A stretch of 63,790 nt of DNA, counting the filler, from Lama guanicoe (taxonomy: Eukaryota), in assembly GCA_013239625.1 (NCBI GenBank). It is 78 parts of 76 records of this genome, joined end to end, with 100 filler letters (N's around TTAATTAATTAA, not from the genome) between each part and the next. Parts side by side here need not be neighbours in the genome. Positions count along the whole stretch, not along the records: positions 49,638 to 50,187 come from MU054345.1; positions 50,288 to 50,781 come from PNXV01006913.1; positions 50,882 to 51,720 come from PNXV01006914.1; positions 51,821 to 52,775 come from PNXV01006917.1; positions 52,876 to 53,746 come from PNXV01006918.1; positions 53,847 to 54,720 come from PNXV01006919.1; positions 54,821 to 55,376 come from PNXV01006921.1; positions 55,477 to 55,965 come from PNXV01006924.1; 70 more parts are not named here. One strand, 5' to 3'. The notes under the pieces are model-generated. The model did no database searches and was not told where the DNA came from. It worked only from the letters and a program-made list of their open reading frames with translations. The stretch's first letter is position 1. Each line of letters begins with the position of its first letter. Positions 49,538 to 60,637 of this stretch are shown here, piece after piece. The position numbers were made by a program, and so were the translations under genes.

Positions 49538-52281
49538 NNNNNNNNNNNNNNNNNNNNNNNNNNNNNNNNNNNNNNNNNNNNTTAATTAATTAANNNNNNN
49601 NNNNNNNNNNNNNNNNNNNNNNNNNNNNNNNNNNNNNTTCACGTCCGACCAGTTGTCTCTTTTTGGTGTCATGAGAAGTTAGTTCTTGTGCTGCCGTTTG
49701 GTCTGTATGTGTACCTGTCTCAGCTCAGTGAGCTGAGCAACCCGCTCTGTGTCCTGGTCTGCAGAGGGAGTGCAGTTTGCTGGTGGTGTCTGCGCCCCGG
49801 TTCCTCACCTGTGGAGCAGGGACCGTAATGACCCCGACCTCACAGGGCGGGGGGGNNNNNNNNNNNNNNNNNNNNNNNNNNNNNNNNNNNNNNNNNNNNN
49901 NNNNNNNNNNNNNNGGTCTCTGTTTTTAATTTCTAATTTCAGAAATGTGAGTCAAAGAAGACCTCCGTGAAATCATTTGTTGAATTTTTCAAAAATGTAT
50001 TTAAATGGGCTTCAAATAAAATTTCTAATACTTCAGTAACAATTGTATACAGCCTGTGTGAGGAAAATGATAACACTTAAAGCATATAAAAGAAAACACA
50101 AATAAAGGGAAATTCTTACCTTTTCTGATATAGAAGGGTGCAATAGTATAAAAATGTCAAGTTAATCTGTTCAGTGAACTTCAGGGCNNNNNNNNNNNNN
50201 NNNNNNNNNNNNNNNNNNNNNNNNNNNNNNNTTAATTAATTAANNNNNNNNNNNNNNNNNNNNNNNNNNNNNNNNNNNNNNNNNNNNAGTGAGGGTTTGA
50301 GCCAGAAACCAGGGGAGGGACTTGGGCAAAGCCCCCATCCACTCTGGGGCTGCAGGGTGCAGCACATGGCAGGGCAGCAGAATGGCCCCAGCAGCAGCCC
50401 GGCCCCAGCAGCTCGGGCAGGGGGCTTCCAGAGCTGCAGACAGTGGAGACGCATCCACAGGGATCCTGCCCAGTGTTGCCCGCAAGAGGCTCCCTCCCAC
50501 TGGGCCAGTCCAGAAGGACTGGGGTCCTAGAGGCCACCCTCGGGCTACAAGGGCTGGCCACCTATGGGGGACGAGCAAGGCCACCTGTGTCCAGCCCCTG
50601 GAGGGTGGCCCAGCCCTGGCTGCCCTGCTGGCCACCGGCCTCTGTCTGCAGGTGGAGGAAAAGGACTCCTGATCCTGGGCTGGCCTTGCCTGCATCTGGG
50701 CTGCTTCCTCACGAGGCTGCGAGGGCTTTCCGTTCTCCAGCATCCCAGGAGACCGAGGATTGCAGCTGTGCTCAGGGGGGCNNNNNNNNNNNNNNNNNNN
50801 NNNNNNNNNNNNNNNNNNNNNNNNNTTAATTAATTAANNNNNNNNNNNNNNNNNNNNNNNNNNNNNNNNNNNNNNNNNNNNACCTTTAAATCTTGCAAGA
50901 ACTAAAAGTTCTTAAATTTTGCTGTATTCAGAAATATATACAACTTGTTTAGTTTACTATGTTTCATATGTTATGTTTTGATTTTTGCCATAATGATAGA
51001 TCAGTTTTTTATTCTATTTCATGATCAAGTTTTGATTTAGACCACGTGAACACTATGTTCAAATGTCTTTTGACAATTCAGCATGGATTCAAGGTACAAA
51101 TCAAAATTCAATCAAAAGCAGCATCTTGGTTTTTCATTGCCTTTTGTTGGTGTGGCTTATAGTTTCCTCTGGCATTTTTGGCTTTCTCCCAAGTTAATAG
51201 TTCTTCAACTCTTAGATACTTGATATCTTGTGTTGCCACTAATCACCTCAAAGTTAACAGTTAACACACCTCTCAGTATTATCTTGAGTTTAACTCTGTC
51301 TACACAGCAATGAATCAGTCATGAAAACAGGGGATGGTACCTCTTTAAATCAAAGCATTTAAAATATATATATATTGTACAAAGTTTCAGACTTAGGAAA
51401 TTCTTTTCATTCTGACAATTTTCTCTTTGAAGTTAATGTCTTTTAAACACACTACCGATTTTTATTGTTTTTCTGAAATGCTGCTATGTGTTTATCTCTC
51501 AGTATCAATATGCTGTGTCTTGTATTAACACATTTTTAATAAAAGAGGAACTATAAATTTGGTATTTGAGTGATACATCAGGTGATTAACTGGATCAGTT
51601 AACTTCTTGGCTGTACAAGAAAAATAGCTCAGTGACTGACTTAAAACAGTTGGGGGTTAAAACTATGTTGCTGACACTATGTGAAAATGTTTAAATTCTA
51701 TAGCTTTGAGCCCAAACTTTNNNNNNNNNNNNNNNNNNNNNNNNNNNNNNNNNNNNNNNNNNNNTTAATTAATTAANNNNNNNNNNNNNNNNNNNNNNNN
51801 NNNNNNNNNNNNNNNNNNNNGACGATCCACATAAGCTGTGTCTTTAATGTCATTGGCGACTTTTACAATACAGTTCACTTTCTGATTTGTACTATTTACA
51901 TATACTGTCTTGAAAAACTGAGGCCTAATACAGAGTCAAGTTCAGTCAAAGATTCCCCTCACTTACCACACTCCCTTCACACCAGGGAAGACATAAACAC
52001 ATTTGCTGAATCTAGCGGAAGGCCATCGTTTCTAGGTGTGAGCTAAGTATTCAATTCCTATCTATTTCAGCCGAGACTCTTTGACCTTTAAGGAGTTCAC
52101 TGTTGTTCACAGAGTGTGAAGCTGGAGGAACTCTGATTCGAGGAGGGGCTTGCCCTTCTCGTACTGGCTTCATTGCAGCTCAGGTAGTGACCCTTCCAAA
52201 TGCATGCCTGAGTGGAGGGGAGGGAAGGGCAAGTGCTTGCTAGCTAGGCCCAAACCTGGGAAAACCTGGGAAAAGGCTTAC

Positions 52282-52769
52282 CTGGGCTTGGTGAATATTG
52301 GTTTGAATGGCTTGGGAAGGCCCCTTGGGACGTGTGGATTCTCACGACCTCTTCCAAGAACAGGAGCGTTTTGATCAACTCTGCCATCTCTTCTCTTGCA
52401 GACGTCAGGGACCTTGGACCCGTTCTTGGAGAAGAGAATTGAGGAATTTCCACAAGTCCATGTTGGCACTCCGTATGTTTCTGCCAGTATCAGCGAGGGT
52501 CAAAATGTCTCATGAATGTCTTTTGAGCCTGGTATCCTCTACAGCTGTGTCCACGCCAGTATTCTCCATTGTAGCAGAACATCTCTCATCCATGTGTTCG
52601 CATCTATCCTCAATACATGCAGCCAGCTTTTCGGCCAGCTTCTATTCGTGTCTCCCATAAGGTTGACTTCGCCCGGGCTGGGCAAGTCCGAAAGTACCTC
52701 GGAGCCTCACCAGTAAGCTGATGAAAGCAGATCTTCCAATGTCTGCCCTTTCAGGTTCTGGAAACTGAC
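52282..52769 (-). other. Exon-like segment of an unidentified duplicated (pseudo)gene, copy 1
   Basis: Bounded on the minus strand by cacAG| (52771-52770) and CAG|GTAAGC (GT at 52281-52280). Every frame has stops over the full 488 bp. Paralog at 56947..57467. Confidence 0.45.
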
Positions 52770-53846
52770 CTGTGANNNNNNNNNNNNNNNNNNNNNNNNN
52801 NNNNNNNNNNNNNNNNNNNTTAATTAATTAANNNNNNNNNNNNNNNNNNNNNNNNNNNNNNNNNNNNNNNNNNNNTATAAGAACTTCAGGTAATACTGAA
52901 CTACAAAGGGAATATAACACAGAAGTATTACATTTATAAAGCTTATTGTGTTATGTGGGCAACTAGGCTCACAAATATGAAATTGTTAAATGAAAACAAA
53001 TCCAGTGTAACACCCCCCAAAAATACTCTACATAAGCTATCTTCTAACTTCAGTCATTACAGAAGTTAGAAACATATCAGACAGTATGCAATTAGACATA
53101 TAGATATACTAGAAGGAGAAGAAAAGCATGAGTCTTAAAGCTAGCAGAGAGCATCAAAAGATTGGAATTGGATAAAGTTGGCCAGTGGGGAAAGTTTTCT
53201 ACAGAAGATTAGAAAGGAAAAGAGCAATAGAAACTAAGGAGCTTTTTCATGGAGAAATGACATCTGAGGGACCCTCACACCTTCAGGATACAGAGAGGAA
53301 GAGAAGGGCTGGGCCAACTGCAGGAGAAGCAGAAGTGAAGAAGTGTGTGAATAAATGAAGTGCAACAGAAGAATGGAAAGAAGACTGAGCTGACTAACCC
53401 AGGGTTTATACTACAAATATTAAAATAGGAGACATGGCAAAATAGATAAGTTGAGGTTGAGTCACAAAGGTTTCTCAGTGGTAGGTAGGGAAACTTGAAA
53501 CTTACTCTTTGGGCAAAAGGAAATTGCTAGAAAATTTTGATCAGATATGATTTCTAAAAAGTAGCTTTAATTAAATTTGATCCAAACATAAAAATGCAAT
53601 TAGGTAATTCTGTGTGGTTAGAGGATAGACTCTAGGATAAATGAGTAGAGGTCATAGGGAGAGGAGAAATATACAACAATTTGATTTAACTGAATGTGGC
53701 ATGGAGTGACTTAAAGGTACAAATACCCCATTATTAGCTCAAAGAANNNNNNNNNNNNNNNNNNNNNNNNNNNNNNNNNNNNNNNNNNNNTTAATTAATT
53801 AANNNNNNNNNNNNNNNNNNNNNNNNNNNNNNNNNNNNNNNNNNNN

Positions 53847-53919
53847 GAGCGCCTTCGTCAGCGACGAGCGTCTCAGCACGGGTGCCGTCCCGTTCCGCAT
53901 CGGGCTCGGGCACCCCTTC
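53847..53919 (-). CDS. Candidate coding exon start (unidentified gene; runs off the piece)
   Basis: Strong acceptor ttcctttgctttgtctttacAG|GAAGGGGTG followed by CpG-rich sequence open in two frames (EGVPEPDAERDGTRAETLVADEGA or KGCPSPMRNGTAPVLRRSSLTKAL). Confidence 0.45.
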
Positions 53920-54820
53920 CTGTAAAGACAAAGCAAAGGAACCCCACAACCCACCTTGAGAAACCATCCGACTCCTGCACTTGGCCATTCAGTCTGTCAG
54001 TTCGGTGAGGCAGCAACCATTCACTGCCTGTGTCAAACCACAGGCATCACCCTGGCAACAGCTGGGAAGACACACGAAAGACACATTCCGCTCCGTGATG
54101 TTACCAGAGGACACGGGAACAGCCATCAGCACGGCAAAGGGCCACTCAGCAGCCTATCTACAGCTGGCGCGAACGGACAGGCAGGGCACAAAGGAGAGAA
54201 GAGTCTGGGGCAGGGCTCGGCTCGGGGAACGCTGGGAAGACCGCACCATGTCTTCAAAGGCAGGCCGAGCGCAGAGGGGGCAGGGTGAGGGACTCGAGGA
54301 GGGGCAGCTTCAGCCAAAGGATGAGGTGGGAAACGGCACGGGAAGTCACACGGAACACCGGGAACACACTTGGGTGGGAACGGAATGGGAAGACCCCACT
54401 GGCAAGACTCAGTAAACTGAGGCACCAGTCCACTCATCGAAACCGAGGAGGGCCAAAACGACAAGGCGAAGCGGGAGACCTCTGAAACCTCACCGAACTG
54501 GCACGGGGAGCTATCTACATGCAGTGACTTGGACTAACCTACCAGGGAAAAGCAGTGCAAGCAAAGAATTTAGACACAGACACCGCTCTCCGTAGGGGAG
54601 CGTGGAGAACTAACACAAGTGTACTGTGCCCTCGCGAGACCGAAAGCACAGAACGACTTAGTTAGCTTGGTTTACAAAAGGGGAGTCAAGAACCACGACG
54701 GGAAAACACAAACGTTGGGANNNNNNNNNNNNNNNNNNNNNNNNNNNNNNNNNNNNNNNNNNNNTTAATTAATTAANNNNNNNNNNNNNNNNNNNNNNNN
54801 NNNNNNNNNNNNNNNNNNNN

Positions 54821-55376
54821 TATATTCTATATTCAAAATTCTATATTCTGTATTCTGTATTCTATATTCGAAATTCTGTGTTCTGCATTACATGTTCTCA
54901 ATTCTGGTTTTGTATTCTGTTTTCCATATTCTATATTCTGTGTTCTACATTCAATATTCTGTATTCTATATTCTGCATTCCGTATTCTATATTCTATATT
55001 CTGTGCTCTACATTGTATATTCATATTGTATATTCAGTTTTCGGTAATATTCTATATTCAAAATTCTGTGTTCTACATTCCATGTTGTAATTCTGGGTTC
55101 TATATTCTCTATTCTAAATTCTATATTTTGTGTTCATAATTCTATATTCTATATTTTATATTCTGAAATCCGTTGTCGATATTCTATATTCCGTCTTCTA
55201 CATTCTATATTCTAAAATATTTATTCAGTATTCTGTATTCAATATTCAAAATTTTATATTCTGCATTCCATTTCTAAATTTTGGTTTCTATATTCTCTAT
55301 TTTATATTCTACATTTTCTGTTCTTCATTCTTTCTTCTACCTTCTATATTCTCCATTCCGTAGTCTATATACTATA
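54821..55376 (+). repeat. 7-bp-period satellite
   Basis: Phased TTCnnnn heptamers. Confidence 0.96.
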
Positions 55377-55623
55377 NNNNNNNNNNNNNNNNNNNNNNNN
55401 NNNNNNNNNNNNNNNNNNNNTTAATTAATTAANNNNNNNNNNNNNNNNNNNNNNNNNNNNNNNNNNNNNNNNNNNNGGGGGGATAAAACTTGTAAAACAG
55501 TAAATAGTTTTTCAAGTGGCTACTAAGATTGGACATTCTTCCTGAAGGAGGAAAGCATGTCAGGACATGCATCTTAAGAGTGTTTGTAAAAGGGTCCAAA
55601 CGTGTTTTAAAATGCCACCTAGA

Positions 55624-55703
55624 GGGAAGGAGTATAGCTCAGTGGCAGAGCACATGCTTAGCATGCATGAGGTCTTGGGTTCAATCCCCAGTTAAAAAAA
55701 AAA
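55624..55703 (+). mobile_element. Short tRNA-derived SINE (camelid Vic-1-like) with Pol III boxes and A-tail
   Basis: A box TAGCTCAGTGG (55635), B box GGTTCAATCCC (55678), A-tail. Flanks aaatgccacctag and aaatgtaacctgg look like a decayed target-site duplication. Confidence 0.88.
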
Positions 55704-56065
55704 TTTTTTTTAAATGTAACCTGGCAATGTTTGTTAAAGCCACACATTCTAAGGCCTCCTATGCAGAGACTTTGATTCAGTAGATGTTTCTTTGGTATAA
55801 ATAATGTGATTGTTTATCTAATTCTTAATAGGAATGCTTAATAGCATCCTAATAGGGACCTAGCAGCTTCAAAGGTGACTGCTTACCATACTTACAGCTA
55901 ACTCAACGCTGAAAGGCTTGTTATTTACTATAAAGGATGATAGACATAATATTCTGCTCATGAAANNNNNNNNNNNNNNNNNNNNNNNNNNNNNNNNNNN
56001 NNNNNNNNNTTAATTAATTAANNNNNNNNNNNNNNNNNNNNNNNNNNNNNNNNNNNNNNNNNNNN

Positions 56066-56846
56066 ACCCATTAAAATGTACAGCGGTTTTTACTCTATGC
56101 CCAGAATTGTGCATTGCAGTCAATATTAGAACATTTTCATCTCCCCAACAGGAAACCCTGTACGCATAAGCAGTCATTCCCATCTTCCCCATCCTCCCCC
56201 AGCCCCAAGGAGCCACTCTTCTCTCTCTGTGGGTTTGCCTGTGCTGGATATTTCATGTAAATCGAGTCACTTCTTGTAAGTGGAGACGTCTATTGTGACC
56301 AGACTTCTTTCACACTGAGTAGCGTTTTCAATGTTTGTCCAGGTTGTGGCCTGGGTCAGTGCTCTATGCTTCACTATTGCTGAATAATATTCCACTGTAT
56401 GGCTGGGCCCCACTATTTACCCATTCATCACTTGATAGGCATTTGGGTTGTTGCTGCTTTTTGGCTGTGATGAGTACTGTTGCCGTTAACATTCCTTTAG
56501 GAGTTTTTATGTGGACATTTGTTTTCAGTTCTCTTACATGTGTGCCCAGACAGAGAATTCTGGTTCATTCAGAAACCAAATGTTCAACTCTCTGAAGATC
56601 TGCCAGGCTGTTTTCCAAAGTGGCCACGCTGTGTTACATCCTCACCATCAAGGACTGCGCACTCTGCTTCCTCTGTGTCCTCATTAGTGCTTGTCATTCT
56701 TTTTTTTTTTATTATAACCTATTGTAGTGAGTGTGAAGCGGTTTCTCCTAGTGGTTTTGACTTCATTTCCTTTACAGCTAATGATATTGAATAATGTTTA
56801 TTGGACATTTGTATATTTTCCTTGAAAAATACCTTTTCAGATCCTT
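56066..56846 (-). mobile_element. Old L1 (L1MB-like) 3' region, antisense
   Basis: cccattaaaatgtacag...tagaacattttcatctcccc...aggaaaccctgtac...aataatattccactgtatgg...ttcatcacttgataggcatttgggttg...gtggttttgacttcatttcct. Confidence 0.88.
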
Positions 56847-56946
56847 NNNNNNNNNNNNNNNNNNNNNNNNNNNNNNNNNNNNNNNNNNNNTTAATTAATT
56901 AANNNNNNNNNNNNNNNNNNNNNNNNNNNNNNNNNNNNNNNNNNNN

Positions 56947-57467
56947 TGCCAACGTGACTTGAGGAAGTTCCTCAATTCTCTTCTCCAATAACGGGACCAA
57001 ATTCCCTGACGTCGGCAAGAGAAGAGATGGCAGAGATGATCAAAACGCTCCTGTTCTTGGTCGTGAGAATCCACACGTCAAAATGGGCCTTCCCAAGCGA
57101 CTCAGACCAGAATTCACCAAGCGCAGGTAAGCCTTTTCCCAGCTTTGGGCCTAGCTAGCAAGCACTTGCCCTTCCCTCCCCTCCACTCAGGCATCCATTT
57201 TGAAGGATCAAGCAATGAAGCCGTTATGAGAGGAGCACGCCCCTCCTAGAATCAGATTTCCTCCCGCTTCACACTCTGTGAATAACAGTGAAATCCTTAA
57301 AGTCAAATAATCTCGGCTGAACTAGATAGGAATTGAATACTTAGCTCACACCTAGAAAAGATGTCCTTCCGCTAGATTCAGCAAATGTTGTGTTTATGTC
57401 TTCCCTGGGGTGAAGGGAGTGTGGTAAGTGAGGGGAATCTTTGACTGAACATGAATCTGTATTAGGC
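56947..57467 (+). other. Paralog (copy 2) of 51923..52468: 3' part of the exon-like segment, donor CAG|GTAAGC (GT at 57127) and downstream intron-like sequence
   Basis: Colinear reverse-complement match over about 520 bp, with substitutions and small indels. Confidence 0.9.
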
Positions 57468-58109
57468 NNNNNNNNNNNNNNNNNNNNNNNNNNNNNNNNN
57501 NNNNNNNNNNNNNNNNNNNNNNNNNNNNNNNNNNNNNNNNNNNNNNNNNNNNNNNNNNNNNNNNNNNNNNNNNNNNNNNNNNNNNNNNNNNNNNNNNNNN
57601 NNNNNNNNNNNNNNNNNNNNNNNNNNNNNNNNNNNNNNNNNNNNNNNNNNNNNNNNNNNNNNNNNNNNNNNNNNNNNNNNNNNNNNNNNNNNNNNNNNNN
57701 NNNNNNNNNNNNNNNNNNNNNNNNNNNNNNNNNNNNNNNNNNNNNNNNNNNNNNNNNNNNNNNNNNNNNNNNNNNNNNNNNNNNNNNNNNNNNNNNNNNN
57801 NNNNNNNNNNNNNNNNNNNNNNNNNNNNNNNNNNNNNNNNNNNNNNNNNNNNNNNNNNNNNNNNNNNNNNNNNNNNNNNNNNNNNNNNNNNNNNNNNNNN
57901 NNNNNNNNNNAAGGTTGGGGGTCATTTCATGTTTCCAATAGTTATTTTATGGTTCCTGTTGGTTTCGGAGGCTTCAACNNNNNNNNNNNNNNNNNNNNNN
58001 NNNNNNNNNNNNNNNNNNNNNNTTAATTAATTAANNNNNNNNNNNNNNNNNNNNNNNNNNNNNNNNNNNNNNNNNNNNTCATTTTGACCTGACTGCTTGG
58101 AGGAGAGCT

Positions 58110-58215
58110 CCATCAGCCCATTTAACATGTGAAGAAACTGAGGCTCTGGGTGGTCATGTTTCCTGTACTTGATGGAGCCGGGATCTATATCCGGATCTTT
58201 GTCTATAGAGCCTGT
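58110..58215 (-). mobile_element. MIR fragment, antisense
   Basis: cccatttaacatgtgaagaaactgaggctctg...gatggagccgggat. Confidence 0.6.
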
Positions 58216-59227
58216 GCCTTTACCAGATCACACTTATATTTCTCATACTTCAAATGCACTCAGTCCCCGAGGTAACACACCTTCCTTGCGTTTCTGAGAG
58301 TTTTAGGAAGTACTGAATTACGNNNNNNNNNNNNNNNNNNNNNNNNNNNGGGCTAATTTTTTCTGATTTTCCTGAATCAGTTCAGGCTGAATTCATACTA
58401 TTTATGAGGGGAAGATAAGCCAGTCATAAACAATTTCAAGAGATCCAATTCATCAAGGAAGCAAAGTATTAAATAAACCACTTCAGCAACACGCTTGTCA
58501 GTAAACCTTGGTTTCTCTGTCTCAGCCTGAAGGAGGGTAAGCCCTCCAGCAGATCTGCCTTCCTGCCACCTACCGTGGATGATCTTGGCTCCCTCACCTG
58601 TNNNNNNNNNNNNNNNNNNNNNNNNNNNNNNNNNNNNNNNNNNNNTTAATTAATTAANNNNNNNNNNNNNNNNNNNNNNNNNNNNNNNNNNNNNNNNNNN
58701 NTCAAATCTGTGCAGACATTAAAGTCCACGTGAACGTGCTGTATCCCTGAATCAAAGATAGGACAAGTAGGCAGCACTTCTTGAGGACAGAGGAGAGGCT
58801 TTTAAGGTTCTCCAAGAATGAATCCCAGGGAACCGTGATGGCCAGTTGTCAAACTGTGACTTTGCTCTTTGGACGGTGTACCAACCAAGGGTATTGGCCT
58901 TTTATATGTTTTCATTTCTCTTTAATACATGTCAGGTGATGANNNNNNNNNNNNNNNNNNNNNNNNNNNNNNNNNNNNNNNNNNNNTTAATTAATTAANN
59001 NNNNNNNNNNNNNNNNNNNNNNNNNNNNNNNNNNNNNNNNNNTGTCCTGTGATGCTCTCCGAGCCACTTCCACTGGGGCGTCACGTCCCTGTCTGGGCCT
59101 CTTGCTCAGCCTGTGCACAGGTGACAGNNNNNNNNNNNNNNNNNNNNNNNNNNNNNNNNNNNNNNNNNNNNTTAATTAATTAANNNNNNNNNNNNNNNNN
59201 NNNNNNNNNNNNNNNNNNNNNNNNNNN

Positions 59228-60029
59228 AAAATGCGTGTGCTATGTTTCCCCACATCCAGCACACACAGGAAGCAGTATTCTGGGGTTCTGAGTGTGGGAA
59301 GGTTCCTCCGAAAGAAAGCAGCACCTGGGTTTTAATAGAATCCCTTAGCTTGATTTCCCTAAGTGTTTTCCTAGGCCTAGCAGTAAGCGATGGTGGGGGA
59401 TGTGCTCTAAAGCCAAGTATTAGCGAGTGCATCTCTGTGGGTAGTGGATTGTTTNNNNNNNNNNNNNNNNNACCTTGGAACACCTGTGCCCCATAAAGAT
59501 GCGTGGAATCTGTTTCCCCACCTCCAGCACACACACGGAGACGTGCTCAGGTATCCTGATTGTGGGGAGGCTCCTCCAAATGACAGCAGCGCCTGGGTTC
59601 TTAAAGAATCCCTTAGCTTGTCTCCCCTGATGGCATGCCTAGGCAGGAGCGTGGGGAAAGTGGGGGTTGGGCTCTAAACCAAGTATTAGCGAGAGCCTAT
59701 CCATGGGATGTGGGTTTTTAACCTACAACCCACAACCATGGAATAAATGTGCCCGCTGAAAAATGCTTTCACTGTTTCCCTACATCCAGAACACACACGA
59801 AGATGTGTTCTGTTATTCTGAGTGTGGGGAAGTTCCTCAAACTGACAGCAGCACCTGGGTTCTATTAGTATCACTTAGCTTCTGTTCCCTGAGTGTTCCT
59901 TTAGGCCAGGCCATGAGGGAAAACTTGGGGTTGGGCTTGAAGGCCACGTAACAGTGAGTGCCCCCTGATCCACTGAGGATGTACTTAGAGGACTTCTCCA
60001 TAAACGGAACACGTTTTCCTCCATTCATC
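59228..60029 (-). repeat. Diverged relative of the 266-bp satellite, about 3 monomers
   Basis: ctga(g/t)tgtggg..g.t.cct...gcagcrcctgggtt...ttagctt at about 59288, 59556 and 59818. Aligns by eye to ctgagcgtggggaggttccacc...gcagcacgtgggttc...cttagctc. Confidence 0.85.
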
Positions 60030-60637
60030 NNNNNNNNNNNNNNNNNNNNNNNNNNNNNNNNNNNNNNNNNNNNTTAATTAATTAANNNNNNNNNNNNNNN
60101 NNNNNNNNNNNNNNNNNNNNNNNNNNNNNAGATGACCACTGAGCAGACCACTGGGAGAACCACCCAGCCACATGCAACCAGTGGGAAGCACTTAACTTAG
60201 GCCGCTAAGCCGCTGGGTGGGATACAAGCCAGAGAGAAGAAACATTTATTATAGAAGCCGCAGCTGATGAGAATGGAGCTACACTAACAGGAACAGCATG
60301 GGGGGAANNNNNNNNNNNNNNNNNNNNNNNNNNNNNNTCCGTAACCGCAAGCAAATCTGCCACTGGAACCACGACCCTCTTCCACTTATTTGCAATACAG
60401 AGACTATTTACTTTCAACAATAGGGTACATTAACTAATGTAATTGAAATTATTATTAAACACTGACATATTTACACAGACGCTTAGTAAAAGCGTCCTTT
60501 GTCCCTTTTACTAATGCAAAAATGGAGCTAATTCACTNNNNNNNNNNNNNNNNNNNNNNNNNNNNNNNNNNNNNNNNNNNNTTAATTAATTAANNNNNNN
60601 NNNNNNNNNNNNNNNNNNNNNNNNNNNNNNNNNNNNN

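Noticed and set aside
50640..50672. Terminal exon VEEKDS* after tctgtctgcAG
   Set aside because: Too short to support; no polyA signal within the piece and no recognisable protein end.
897..55363. Hydrophobic ILYSIF-rich ORFs (e.g. 28715..29257, 180 aa) as membrane proteins
   Set aside because: They are translations of the 7-bp satellite; the TTC strand is simply poor in stop codons.
55624..55703. Functional tRNA gene
   Set aside because: A and B boxes are present, but the acceptor stem does not pair, and an A-tail plus TSD-like flanks indicate a SINE.
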